Origin: the human T2T-CHM13v2.0 reference genome, Homo sapiens
NCBI RefSeq assembly: GCF_009914755.1
Contig: NC_060928.1
Strand: one strand, 5' to 3'
Length of the DNA stretch: 64,000 nt
Shown here: piece by piece, positions 40,317 to 60,470 of the stretch
Layout: every line of letters begins with the position of its first letter
Numbering within the stretch: the stretch's first letter is position 1
Translations under genes and position numbers: made by a program
The notes under the pieces: generated by a model
Database searches by the model: none
What the model was told of the DNA's origin: nothing
Seen by the model: the letters and a program-made list of their open reading frames with translations, nothing else

Positions 40317-42668
40317 GATCCATCAGGAGCTAGCAGAAAACAGAGGGCACACTCAAATAGGGCAACTGAGGACAGTTTAATAAAGGGGCTCTTTGCAATG
40401 ATGTCTGAATAGTTAAGGGAAAGGAACAAGGAATGAACAGTACTCCAGGATGAGCAAGAATGGAAAGCTTCTATGCCTAGACATCAAAATGGAAAGCGGG
40501 AGCATTTATCAGAGAAAATGGTAATAGGAAAGAGACATCACATGGTAGCTGTGACCTTCTATAAAGAGGTGCAGCCAAAATGTAAGGAGGCTTTTTCCAA
40601 AATGTAAATTGTCTCTTACATAAACATTGTTTCTTAAGTAAATATTGTCAAGCTGCCAACCATTTACAAACAAAAATAAAGGGAAATGCGAATACTGATC
40701 AAAAATACTTAATGAAATTATATACAAAGAAAGAAAGATAATGAAAAATTAAAAATCTATTTAAAGAATTAGAAATTTGAATATTTCCAGCTTTGTGACT
40801 AGAAATGAACTTGGTTTTGGGGATAGTGAGTATTGAAGAAAACCAGCTATAACACTGTCACAGGATCTTTGGGGTGTCACTTTTCTGGCTGGAAACCTCT
40901 GTGGCCCATGGCACCTTTGCCCAAGTTTTGCTTGGGCCTGCGGAGCTCATTCTGCCCACTCAGCCTAGCAGAAGTGGTGCTTGGCTAGCACTACTGGCCC
41001 GGATCCCATGCCTGTCAAGGGCAAGCCAAGCACAGAGCAGCAAGGGGTGTGTGAGTGAGTGAGCGTGGGATCCAGCTACTGTGCACATTCAGGGATGCTG
41101 ACTGTGGTGAGGTGGGCACCTCCAGATGCCGGCAGGGGTGTTGGCTCCCTGTGAGGCTGTGGCTGGACCAGTCATATGGCAAGCATCTTCCATGGCTGGC
41201 ACTGGGGAATGCAGTGTCCTCCAGAAGCTTGGAGGTGCCAGGAAACACAGAGCCTCAAAGAAGGTGCCACAGCTCTGGCTCAGGGAGCTTTTAGATCTGG
41301 GCTCTCTGAAGGGCCACAGCAATTCTCTCCTTCTCTCTTCTCTCCTCTCATCACCTGCAACATGGTGAGCAAGGGGACTGTTTCAGCCTTGTTTGTGTTA
41401 CAGCTCTTTCAGCCCCACCATTCTGCAGTTCCTGAGTTCTTGTTCTGTGTCCAGGAAGAATGAGGAACACAGACAACTGGAGTGTGGGCAAGGTGAAGAG
41501 GTGTTTTATTGAGAGATGGAACAGCTCAGAGGAGACCTGCAGTGGGCAGCTCCTCTCTGCAGGCAGGGGCCTCCTGACCAGTGTTCAGCTCTCAGCAGAG
41601 AGGAGATCACCAGTGGGTAGCTCCTCTCTGCAGGCAGGTTGTCCCATCATCTGCCCAAGTCTGGCTGAGTCTGGGGTTTTTATGGGCTTCAGAAGGGAAG
41701 AAGTATGTGCTGATTGGGTAGCCATGAGAGAGCCAGGGAAAAAGCACCATAATTTCTCACTCTGGTCTGTGGAACTGGCAGCCTGGCCCCCAGGCCTCAA
41801 GCCATCCCTGGCCCGAAGGTGGGGTTTCACCAGGGATCTGCCCCTTGCCACCCAGGAGCCTGTCTGCCTCCTGCTGCCATTAACCTGCCATCCACAGTGC
41901 CCATAGCATCCAGGCTGTTTGTGTGCAGAGGTGCCTGCAGTTCCGTTCAAAACCATCCCCTCAGCTTTCCTCCTGTACTCATCAGCACCCAATGTCCGGA
42001 GGGGACCAAGGCAGCAGGGTGCTGGCATGTCAGTGCTGCCCCAAGTGTGTATGCACCCAACCAGATTGTGACAACACCTAGGCTTGGCCACAACTTTGCT
42101 CTGAAATCAGAGCTGGTGCCAGGAGCAGGGAGAGGCCAGACAGCAGGAGCAGGCACTTCTGAGCCTACAGTGGAAGGGGGGCCTGGCCCTTGAGAGTGCA
42201 GAGATGCCTGAGACTGAAGCCTGGCTGGGTGGCTGCAGCTGTACCCAGGAGGGCAGGGTTCCCACCCCCTCCAACCTGGAAGGGGTTAGGGCTTCTGCCT
42301 ATTCAGTCTCCTGCTAGCTCTATGGAGCCTGCAGCCCCAGCCATGCCTCTCTTACTGCAGCTGGCATGATGGCAGTGGCTGCTCCAGACAGGCCACCACT
42401 GCCATCAACACCAAACAGTAGCTGTGACCTTCTGTAAAGAGATGCAGTCAAGCTGAGGCTAGACAGCAGGAGGAGATGCAGGGGAATAAACACCATACTA
42501 TAATCTTCCACCACCTTCCCATCTCCCACTGTTCTTTAATCAAACTAATTGGAAGTCAGAGAGTGAGGAAGCTCTTTGATGCCGCCTAGAAGGATCAGCT
42601 CCCATGGCACAGAGCAAGGTGAAGAAGGATAAAGTGGACCTAGAGGGGTAAATGGAAAATATCCTGCA
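40317..42668. mobile_element. Old MaLR LTR (MLT1K-like) in two pieces (about 40317-40578 and 42412-42668)
   Basis: gcagaaaacagagggcacactcaaa...gtttaataaaggggct; ...gggcacagagcaagg-like...gaggggtaaatggaaaatatc. Confidence 0.6.
40856..42407 (-). mobile_element. ERV1 solo LTR (MER52 family)
   Basis: GC-rich 1.55 kb; TG...CA ends (tgtcacaggatc...ccactgccatca); 4-bp TSD acac. Confidence 0.88.
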
Positions 42669-42669
42669 G

Positions 42670-43095
42670 AGTATGAAGCAGATCATACCATCTTATTCAC
42701 CAATTGAAGGATTCAGGTATTGGTTTTTCTGAAAGTGATAGGCAGCGAGGGAATAATGTGATCAGATTTGCCATTCATAAAGGAAGGCCATCCTTGCATA
42801 TGAGCAGACTGGAGCCACTCATGAGGGATACAGGAAGCTTAGATAGAGGTATAGTGATTGGACCCAGTGAGAGAAGGTGATAGAATCAACTAATCTGGTG
42901 GTTGCGGAAGGCGAGGAGATAAAGAGTTTGCACTGGTTTGCAAACTGGAAGTGTGAAAGAGGGTATGAGAAGTGTCAGAGAATTCTAGATTTGGGTTTGT
43001 GTAAGTGGATGGATGATGGTGCCATTCCCTGAAGAAAGACCAGGTTTGGGATCTGGAAGAGGTCATCAACTTGGTTTTGGGCATAGTGAGTCCTT
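42670..43095 (-). mobile_element. L2 fragment (continuation of the L2 at 39935-40316)
   Basis: gtgatcagatttg...ggatggatgatggtgccattccctga...ttggttttgggcat. Confidence 0.6.
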
Positions 43096-44569
43096 AAGAA
43101 AACCAGCTATAAATCAAATTGGCACCTACACTTAAGTAGGTATTTAGCAGCCTACCTTTTATTGCACCCCAACAAGGCTCTGTGTTAGGCATCTTACATA
43201 TTTCCTCCAATCTTCAAAATACAGAGGCAGACATTATTTTTCCCATTTTATGGATGAGAAAACTGAAGCTCAGGGATATTAAATTCCTTGCTTAAGTTAA
43301 TTACTGAAACCCAGACATTTTAACTCCTGCTGGAGTTCTTTCTCCTTCATACTGCTATATCTGCAAGTAATGGATGTATTCGAGAATCCTGTAGAAGGGG
43401 TTGAGAAAAAGTAAAAAGATTTCTGTCATGAGGTCTTGTTTCATATTGGGGAAAATACAGGCTTTATCTCATTGAATTCTAAAGTAGGCTCATGAGAATT
43501 TCAATTAATCAATCAATCAAATCAGTACTCACTGAGCATTTATTATATGCTTATCACTTTGTTGACTGTTATAAAGAGATTATGAATAAGATAAGATGAT
43601 TCTTGATTCAGTGGCTTAAAATTTAGTTGGGGAAGCAAACATACACAAAGGAAATACTCTTAGATGTGATAACATTATGCTTTGATATAACAAAAAGACA
43701 GACAGTAGGACTGACAGCTTGAAAAGGATAGTATATATTATGATCAATTCTTATTTAAGGGAGACTTCCATTGTGTATACAAGAGGAAATTGATGAAGGA
43801 GAGAATACTACGTGTTGATGGTCTAAGAAACAACATCCAGCAATTGAATGTTGGTCTGCATATTGAATGTCTCTTTCCCAGGAAATTCCTTAAAATAGGC
43901 AATTAGTTACAGTTAGCTAAATGAAGTATGCATCAAATGGTCTGAGAGTTGAAGTTTCTGGGAACCTATTTAATTTAACATTCGTTTTGAAATTCCTGCA
44001 ACCAAGAATGCTTTGCTTTTTTGATAAACAAAGGACAACAACCTGTTCATATCTTTGTTGAAGGAAAAGCTGAAACTCCAAATGTGTTTAAATCTCATAC
44101 AATCTAAATCTTTATCCCAATAACGAAAACTGTCATCAACAAATCTTGGTCTAAGATCTTTGAGGCTCCATAAAGATTATTCTTTATCGGAAAAACACCT
44201 CAAATTTATTTCCAAAAGGAAAGATAAGATGTCTCTTGAATAATAGCATCCACAAAATAAGAAATTTTCCTAGTAGTACGTATTATAATATGTGACATTT
44301 GTATAGTACCTTATGGTTTGCAAAGTATTTAATATGCTTCATCTTATTTGACAACTAAGCAAAGCTGAATTTTCACCAGAATGTTATACTAGATAATATA
44401 CTTCCCCAGAGAGGAAAAATAACGTGTCGGTTTTAAACATATTTATAAACAAATAATCAATCTTAGGTACTTAGGCAGTAAGAGGGAGGCCATGGTTGTC
44501 ATATTGAATAACTGTGTAGTTATGTAGAAATGATGACAGTTATAAGAATAATTAACACGGATTGAGCCT

Positions 44570-44790
44570 TTCCTATTCATGTGGTACTGGTTTGTGTACT
44601 TACATGTGTCAACCTGCTTAATGCTACGAAAAACCCATGAAGAAGATAAAATTATTTCCATATTATAGATAAGGAAACTTAGGCACAAATGTCTAAATTG
44701 CCTGAGGTCACACAACTAGTAAATGACAGACCTGGGCTTTGAACCCAAGAAGTTTGGCTTCAGAGCTCTCACAGTTAATTGCTACTCTTT
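44570..44790 (-). mobile_element. MIR
   Basis: agataaggaaacttaggcac...ttgcctgaggtcacacaactagtaaatg...tttgaaccca. Confidence 0.85.
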
Positions 44791-46034
44791 CCAAAATGTA
44801 AACTGTTTCTTACATAAACATTGTTTCTTAAGTAAAAATTGTAAGGGTGCTAATAATTCACAAACAAAAATAAAGAGAAATGTAAACACTGATCAAAACT
44901 ACTTAATAAAATCATATAAAAAGAAGAAAGATAATAAAAAATTAAAAATCTGTTTAAAGACTCAGCAATTGAAAAATTTCTAGCTTTTTGACTAGTCTCC
45001 AAAGAAAGAAAGGAAGGCTAAAAAGGTAGACACTAATTTATTATGTAAGCCTAACTCAATGTTATCATAATTATAAAAATTTTTAAATAAATCCTAAAAA
45101 TATTTCCTGCTTTACTTAGGGATGAAACTAGAAGTTCTTCTAATATAGAATAATTCCATTTCATAAGCAAGAAAGAGCGGGTCTAGAGACAAACAGAATA
45201 TTCTAAATTCTCAGGCACTTCATTGAGAATCCTAAATTTATCTACCCATTCCTCACACTAGGTGTGAGAGGAGCAAGGGGAAAGCAGCAGCAGAATAGGT
45301 TCTTTGAACTCTGCTCTCTTTGAAGGAGGATTCCTCGTACCCAGATGCCCCCAGCTTTGGAGAATTCTTTCATAACAGGAAGGAATGTTGTCCCTTGGGG
45401 CTTGAAGTTACCAGTATTTTGGAGTGGAAAATGGTCAATCTCCATCAGCTCTGATAAAGTCTAAAAAGGAGCTCTTAGGACTTCTTTGCTTTTGAGGTTA
45501 TATGGAAGAGACTTTTCTCCAATGTTCCCCTCAAGAAGTTAGAATATGGAATTTTTTCCTAAAGCGTCTTTATGCAGTCAAAGAGAGGTGGGTGTAGATC
45601 TGTTATCAGTACCTCTTGTCTGCTGCTTAGAGTTAGAAAGTCACAGGGGAGGTGATGCTCAGGTGTAAGGACTGTGGGTGTTTAGCTTTCTTATTCCTAA
45701 CCTAGAAAGTCACCAACTATTTCCTATCACAAAGAAAACAAAAATGTATTTTTCTCCTTATGATGACAAAATTTAACTTTCCAAAGTAATTTGAAGAATT
45801 ATGTTATCTTGTGCTGGACTTATTCAAAATTCAGTTTAGATAAAAAGACTCCTAAATATGCAGGACTTTTTTTTTTCTCATTGAGGAGCTTCACTAATAT
45901 GGGGGACAAGATCTTATAATCATAGTGATCATAATAAATAAAAACCACTGTGCATAAATATTTTATGGATTTTACTACACAGTTTTTTCCTAGTCCCAAT
46001 AAAATTAAGAATATTAAAAATAAGCATGCTATAC

Positions 46035-46266
46035 TTTTTTTTTTGTCACCTGCCTGGAGTGCAGAGGTGCAATATCAGCTCACTGCCTCCCACCTCTGCC
46101 TCCTCCATAGCTGGGACTACAGGCATGCGCCACCATGCCTAGCTAATTTTTTTTTTCTTTTTTGTAGAGATGGGGTTTTGCCATGTTGCCCAGACTGGTG
46201 GCCTGTCAAGTGTTCTGCCCACTTTGGCCTCCTAAAGTGCTGAGGTTACAGGCATAAGCCTGGCCA
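46035..46266 (-). mobile_element. Degenerate Alu with internal deletions
   Basis: TSD agcatgctata. Confidence 0.85.
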
Positions 46267-46483
46267 GCATGCTATATTTTCTGACCTTGTAATTCATTCC
46301 TGACTGTAAGACTTAAAGTAGTGTTTTTCAAATTGTGGTTTGCAATACATAGGGTAAAGAAATCAATATGGTGGGCCTCACCAAATGCCAGTTAAACACT
46401 ACAAAGTAAAAATGGACAAGAATAGAAATATTAGAGTATTTCATACACAGTAAAAATATTATGATTTTATTAAACTTTGTTAA

Positions 46484-46835
<352 letters not shown>

Positions 46836-46959
46836 TAACAGTAAAAACAAATTGAAATCCACTGACCTAGAAAAATTCCTGGACAAGTGCATCAGCCTAT
46901 TATTGATTATTTTTCCTTCGCATACCCAAAATGTTACTGTCAAGAGTCACTAATAAATT

Positions 46960-47304
46960 TTGATCTAGTCACATAATGGAATATTATATAGCAGTGAATA
47001 TGAATAAATTACAGCTTACACAACAATATAGATGAATCTTAGAAACATAATATTGGAATGAAAAACCAAAATACAGAAAAATGCATACAACAAGATACCA
47101 TTTCTATGCCACTCAAAAAACAAGCAAAACCTATTTTTCTTTCATTGTTTCAGAGATAGGGTCTCATTCTGTTGCCCAGGCTGAAGGGCATTTGTATGAT
47201 CATAGCTCACTATAACTTCAAACTCCTGGGCTCAAGGGATCTTCCCACCTCAACTTCCCAAGTAGCTAGAACTACACATGTGTGCCACTAGGCCCAGCTA
47301 ATTT

Positions 47305-47337
<33 letters not shown>

Positions 47338-47700
47338 GTAGAGACTGGGTCTAGCTGGTCTCAAATTCCTTGCCTCAAGTGATTCTACTGCCTCAGTCTC
47401 ATAAAGTGTTAAGATTACAAGTATGAGCCACTGCCCTAGCCAAAATTTAATATTACGTTGACTAGTAATACATGCTTATATGATAAAACTATTAAAATTA
47501 GGCCATAGAGAAGACAAACACAAAATCCAGGAGTGTAGTTACCTCTGTGTGGAGATTGGGGAGAAAGTGGAGGAGATTAGGGAAGAACACACAAGAAGTT
47601 TCCATAGTGTTGTTAATATTCTAGTTCTTAAGCCAGGGGATGGGTTTTATTATGTTTCAAAGCTTAAATATATTCTTAATTTTGTGTTATATTGTTTTGC
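46960..47700 (+). mobile_element. Old L1M (L1ME-like) 3' fragment interrupted by an Alu
   Basis: cataatggaatattatatagcagtgaa...gatgaatcttagaaacataat. Confidence 0.65.
47135..47440 (-). mobile_element. Alu (AluJ-like) with expanded middle poly(T)
   Basis: Diverged dimer. Confidence 0.88.
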
Positions 47701-47732
47701 TTGTGTCCAACAATAAGAACTGAACTTGTTGA

Positions 47733-47997
47733 TCTTTGTTGGTTTAAAGTCTGTTTTATCAGAGACTAGGATTGCAACCCCTGCCTTTTTTTGTGTTCCA
47801 TTTGCTTGGTAGATCTTCCTCCATCCTTTTATTTTGAGCCTATGTGTGTCTCTGCACATGAGATGGGTTTCCTGAATCCAGCACACTGATGGGTCTTGAC
47901 TCTTTATCCAATTTGCCAGTCTGTGTCTTTTAATTGGAGGATTTAGTACACTTACATTTAAAGTTAATATTGTTATGTGTGAATTTGATCCTGTCAT
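47733..47997 (-). pseudogene. L1 ORF2p N-terminus (endonuclease, first ~88 aa) in the inverted segment
   Basis: MTGSNSHITILTLNV...WIKSQDPSVCWIQETHL...SDKTDFKPTKI. Confidence 0.95.
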
Positions 47998-48059
47998 TAT
48001 GATGTTAGCGGTTATTTTGCTCGTTAGTTGATGCAGTTTCTTCCTAGTCTTGATGGTCT

Positions 48060-51798
<3,739 letters not shown>

Positions 51799-53244
51799 AC
51801 AATGAGAACACATGGACACAGGAAAGGGAACATCACACTGTGGAGACTGTTGTGGGGTGGGGGGAGGGGGGAGGGATAGCATTAGGAGATATATCTAATG
51901 CTAAATGACGAGTTAATGGGTGCAGCACACCAGCATGGCACATGTATACATATGTAACTAACCTGCACATTGTGCACATGTACCCTAAAACTTAAAGTAT
52001 AATAATAATAAAATAAAAAAATAAAAAAAAGAACTGAACTTGTTGAAATTTATAAGGAAATAAATCTAATTTTTTTCTTAAAATCTTGTCTTTGATAGAA
52101 GTCTGGTAATTAACCTTACCCCTAAAACACACCACCTTTCCCTATAATGGAGTGGTAATAATAATAAATATCCCAGACAACTAAACTCATCTAAAAATAG
52201 GATTGGCTTTCAACTACCTTCCTGGAAATGACAGAATAAATAAAGAGCATGTTCTCAAAATTGCAGACCCCCCTCTTTATCTTTGCATAATGTTCTTCTT
52301 TTCATTGCCTCAGTTTCTCTAGCTGCAAGGAAAAATTATATGTAACTCTGGATTCTTGCTCTCTCTCTATCCTGCTCTAATCTTCAAAAAACAAGACTAA
52401 GCACTTCTATAGCAGTGCTTCACAAACTTGCTATTTGATGGACATACCACCAAAAAGACTCTTGAATGGCTGCTAAAATACCTAGCTCCAATCCAAACCC
52501 CAAGTTCATTTCATAGTTCAGCTCTTTTGCTATAAAGGAGCAAAGTGATTCTTGAATGGATAGGAAAGCAGCTGCCTGCAGTTTCCTGTCCTCAGAGAAT
52601 TAATTTTTTTTTTAATGTTAAGTGCTCACTCAGCAATCAGAGAGTCGTATGTACATGAAACTGCACTTCCTCAATGTAAGGACACACAACCCTCAAATCA
52701 AACAGTCTGTGTTCCAAATTTATTGGAGAGTTATTTGTTTGGGATGCAAATTATCTTTTCCAAAGAAAATGACGTTAGAAATGATGGAACAGGTCCCTAA
52801 AGGAGAAAGCACTGATAGTTGCCCTGGTCCTTCTTGCCTCCAAGGCCTCAGCAGGGTGAAAGGATTTGGTAGGGGAAGACCAAGGGGCAGATATCTACAG
52901 TCAGCAGAAATGTCCCACAAAGGGAAGCGATTAAATGCAAGGTTGGGGAGTGTCCCTCCGGGGATACTGCTCAGTGGCACTCAGTCCTGGGCATCCAACG
53001 GTGAGAGTGGGGAGGATATGAAAAGGAGGGCCTTCCACTGCAGGATGCCAGTGTCAAGGGAGGCTTTTGAAAGCAGCCAGACCAGATAGGACTTCAGTAG
53101 GTATCTGCAGGACCCGTTTGTAAGTACTGAAGGAAAAGTAACCTCCAGAGGTGTTGGAAATTAAAAAGTATATTCAAAGCTTTGTCTACTAAACTGCTCA
53201 AGGCTCCCAGAGAGGGAAAACTACTATGTTTGGCTGACACGAGC

Positions 53245-53276
<32 letters not shown>
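53245..53276. repeat. (TTA)n microsatellite
   Basis: About 10 units. Confidence 0.95.
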
Positions 53277-54154
53277 GCTCCTCTTTAATAAGGGGGTAAA
53301 AATCTCTGGTGCCTATAGCTACAACAACTCCAATCCTGGTGGTCAGACAGTCCAAGGCCACAGCCCTAACCTAAAGGCAATGCAAGCATGGCCATAATAG
53401 AGAAACAAGAGTGATCCCAACATGAGGAGTACCATGGAGAGGACCTGTGGGTCATGGGAAGATTCCATATAAATGTTAAATACTATTATTCATTGTCATC
53501 AACATGAAATTCTCTCTAGCATAAAAAGGGTCCATTCAGTTGACAGGGCTGATTAAGCATATTTAAGATGCTGAGCACCAGTCTTGTAACTGAGTAAGGA
53601 TGCTAGGAGATCCTAGGCATTTGTGTAAGCGGCTCTATCCCTAAGAGCTTGCCAATTCCACTTTCGGTGAAAAGGTCCAGGTAAATTTACATGGACAACT
53701 GAATAAATGTTAACATGCTTTTTATATTTTCTTGTAACAATTCAGAGTAAAAATGTGGATACTCTATAATTTTCAAAGTTGTCATTTTAAAATTTTAAGA
53801 TTTTGATGATAAAGGAAGAATGGGAAGAACTAAGATAAAATTTAGGTCTACCTCAACACAATCATGCAAATTAGCAAAGGCACTAAGATGAGGGCCTGAA
53901 AAGTATTAGACTACATTTTTAAAAAATATGTTATTGTAAAAATATGTGTTTACAAATTCATTCTTGTCTTCAGGCTTGAGAAAATTCTCTAGGCTCTTAT
54001 TTTGAGCTACCAGCCAATTCATTCTCTTCTCTCTTCTCCTCGCCTCGCCTCACTTCACCTCTTTTCTCTTCTACTTCATATAATAATTATTGAGAATTCA
54101 GGTAGTGTTTGGGATGATGTAAAGTAATGAACGCAACAGCAAGAGCTATAATCA

Positions 54155-54558
<404 letters not shown>

Positions 54559-54944
54559 TCACTGGATCGTAAGTTCCAAACAACAAATCTAGGTGATTCT
54601 TTACAAGTTTGACATTGAGTTGGTGAATAATAGAAGGAAAGTTTTAGAGAGAAAAACAAATAGTGTAAGAATTAGTATGTCTAAGAGTAAAGACATTTTA
54701 TTAGCTTACACTCCAGAAAGTCAATTCTTTAATTAAATCAAGACTATAACGTCACGTTGAAACATACTAACATCCTCAGGTGAAGGTATTGCAAAATACT
54801 TTACAAAAGATTCACCAACTATAATCCACTCATACAGTTAGATAAGAATTTTATAGGCACTGGATATTTTTTAGCCTCAAACTCCTCAGTTACTCATGAA
54901 ATCAGCACATTGAAAGTCTTCATTCAATCAGAAGTATAGATGAT

Positions 54945-55330
54945 TGATTCATTCCAGAAATATTTACTGAATGCCCTGCATGAGGTTCTGTGAAGGAGGC
55001 AATGATAAATCAAGTGCAGGCCTCATTTTTCCAGGGGGATTTGTGTCTAATAGGAGAAACTGGACATCCCCATAAATAACTAGACCACAGGTCAAAAGTG
55101 CGGAGCATCACAAGAGAAGTGTGGGTGACAAATCAGGGGCAAGCAGACGTGGTAAACTTTAGAGAGGAAAGAAATGGACTGGCTATGAACTAGACATACA
55201 GGATGGACAGGAAATGCAAACCAGACAGAGGAAACAGTATAATCAAAGGCATAGTTTAGGCAATTTCAAGCAGCTCAGATTCGTTGGCACAAAAGGGAAT
55301 GCCAGGATATATGATAGGAAAGGACTGAAT
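54945..55330 (-). mobile_element. L2 fragment
   Basis: gattcattccagaaatatttactgaatgcc...cagacagaggaaacagtataatcaaaggcatag. Confidence 0.6.
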
Positions 55331-55654
55331 GAATCCTTCATGGAAAGAAGGATTAAGAACATCAGGTTGAGGAGATACGTTGAACAGCTTAGATCTCAGC
55401 TGACAGGTGGCACACTTCTCTCCCTACACTTGCATCATCCTGGCCATTGTTTAACATCCACCCTTGAAATAACTATTCTTTACACATTGAGACTGTAGTG
55501 CATAAGGAAGTGTATTAGGACACTAACCTGTGAGTTTAAGGTAGGTTGTAGAGTAAAACACATAATGTGGTAATTTTTCTTTTGCTGTTTGTTTACAAAG
55601 AAACAACATCATGTAAATATTGTTGAACAAAATAATATATAAAGGAATAACCAT

Positions 55655-55800
55655 GTGGATGGATGGGTAGGTGGATATGTGATGGACATGTGACTGAATG
55701 GGTGGGTGGAAAGTTGGACATGTGAGGGTCTGAGCGTATAGGTGGACAGGTGAATGGACAGGTGAATGGGTAGTAAGCGGATGAGTAGGTGAATGAGTGG
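55655..55800. repeat. Degenerate (TGGA/TGGG)n low-complexity repeat
   Basis: ggatggatgggtaggtgga...ggacaggtgaatggacaggtgaatggg. Confidence 0.75.
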
Positions 55801-56228
55801 AGTTGCTGGATATCTGAAGCAGCTGGGTGATTTCTCTATGATCCCATAATTAGGTATTCAACAACAGACCAAAAAATGTCAATAATATATAATTATTTGC
55901 TAGTAAAATTTTAGTCAGGCTATAGAATCCCAGGACATTATAAAGTATGCTTATGAAGTGAGTACATGCTTCATTGCACATTATAACAGAACTTAAAAGA
56001 CACATGTTCCTTCAATTCCCAAGCCATTCATCCCTTCCTGAAATAGTATAGGAATTAAAGTTTTCCCAAAAACAACCTAAGTGGAAGAAGGCCAAACCAC
56101 TATAAAGGTAAAAGTAAATTTTACCTTTTAGATTTAGTGATTTTTAAAATTGATATTCACCATCCTATAGAATGAGGAGATTCAGCTATATTAAGTTTCA
56201 AAAATTGTAGAACAATGAAGTTTCTTTT

Positions 56229-59271
<3,043 letters not shown>

Positions 59272-59404
59272 AGGAAGTTTATTTTCAAAACCAACAAATA
59301 TCAACCAATTCACTGCTCACCCAAACAGTCAACCAAAAACCTTAAAAAACAACTGTATGTAAGGTGGCACAGTTCACTGCTGAAATAAAGTTTTAAGAAA
59401 GACG

Positions 59405-59545
59405 CCCCTAGTATTCAAAATGTGGGCTTTGGACCAACTGGATCAGCATCACTTGGGAGCTTGTTGGAAATGCAGAACCTCAGGTCCCATCTCAGACCCA
59501 TCAAAATGCATTTTTATATGCACATTTTAGTTTGAGAGTACTACT
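59405..59545. mobile_element. MER5A-like relic
   Basis: cagcatcacttgggagcttgttggaaatgcagaacctcaggtcccatctcagacc. Confidence 0.8.
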
Positions 59546-60183
59546 AGTTGCTCTTCTTGAAAATTCAAAATGTATGTAGTGTTATATATTGTTTAATTTT
59601 GTTTAATCCAATGTTAACCAATGTTATTTAATCATGTATCTTTTTTTAATAGAATACTCATTTAACATTGCATGGAAATTGTGGACAGTTTGAGTGATGT
59701 TGAGATAATAACTAAAGTCCTTCCAAACAAAGCATGTTATGTCTATGTTAACTATATAGACATAGATACATACACACACACACGTATATATCTATCAATT
59801 AAACTATTATCTATCTATCTATCTATCTAGTAAAAGTAGCCATAATTCTGTGTATACGTTTAATAAAAACAAAAAAGGAAAATGGATTTGTTAGATTTGA
59901 GAAAAATGGTGGAATGTAATGTTAAGTTCCTGGTTAAGAGAAGAAATTTTGCAAAAAGTCCATCAAGACATCAGTGTCTATGTCTACTGGAAAACATTGC
60001 TGTGGGACTGGGATTTCCTTTTGCTTTCCAAGATCTTTTCCAAAATATTCATTCTTCATTAATAAGGGCTAATTTTTACGTACTTTCTTCCACACGTTCC
60101 TATTCAAATACTTTATTCTTAGAAGGAATGTTTTTTGGGGGGCCGTTAACATTTCCAAAGGCTTTTAAGAATGTTAGTTTTTT

Positions 60184-60470
60184 GGCCGGGTGTGGTGGCT
60201 CACGCCTGTAATCCCAGCATTTTGGGAGGCCAAGGCAGGTGGATCACAAGGTCAGGAGTTCAAGACCGGTCTAGCCAAGATGGTGAAACCCCGTCTCTAC
60301 TAAAAATACAAAAAAATTAGCCAGGAGTGGTGGCAGGTGCCTGTAGTCCCAGCTACTTGGGAGGCTGAGGCAGAGAACTGCTTGAACCCAGGAGGTGGAG
60401 GTTGCAGTCAGCTGAGGTCGCACCACTACACTTCAGCCTGGGTGACAGAGTAAGACTCTGTCTCAAAAAA
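60184..60470 (+). mobile_element. Alu (AluS-like)
   Basis: Full dimer; TSD aagaatg(t/a)tagttttt. Confidence 0.96.

Noticed and set aside
40874-42529. Cluster of overlapping ORFs up to 168 aa
   Set aside because: They lie in a GC-rich MER52 LTR and show no gag, pol or env motifs.
51854-51876. Strong G4 motif
   Set aside because: It is the well-known G-rich tract of the L1 3'UTR and is not locus-specific.
52622-53089. 155-aa ORF in non-Alu sequence
   Set aside because: No recognisable domain or convincing exon structure; it may overlap an old LTR-like region.
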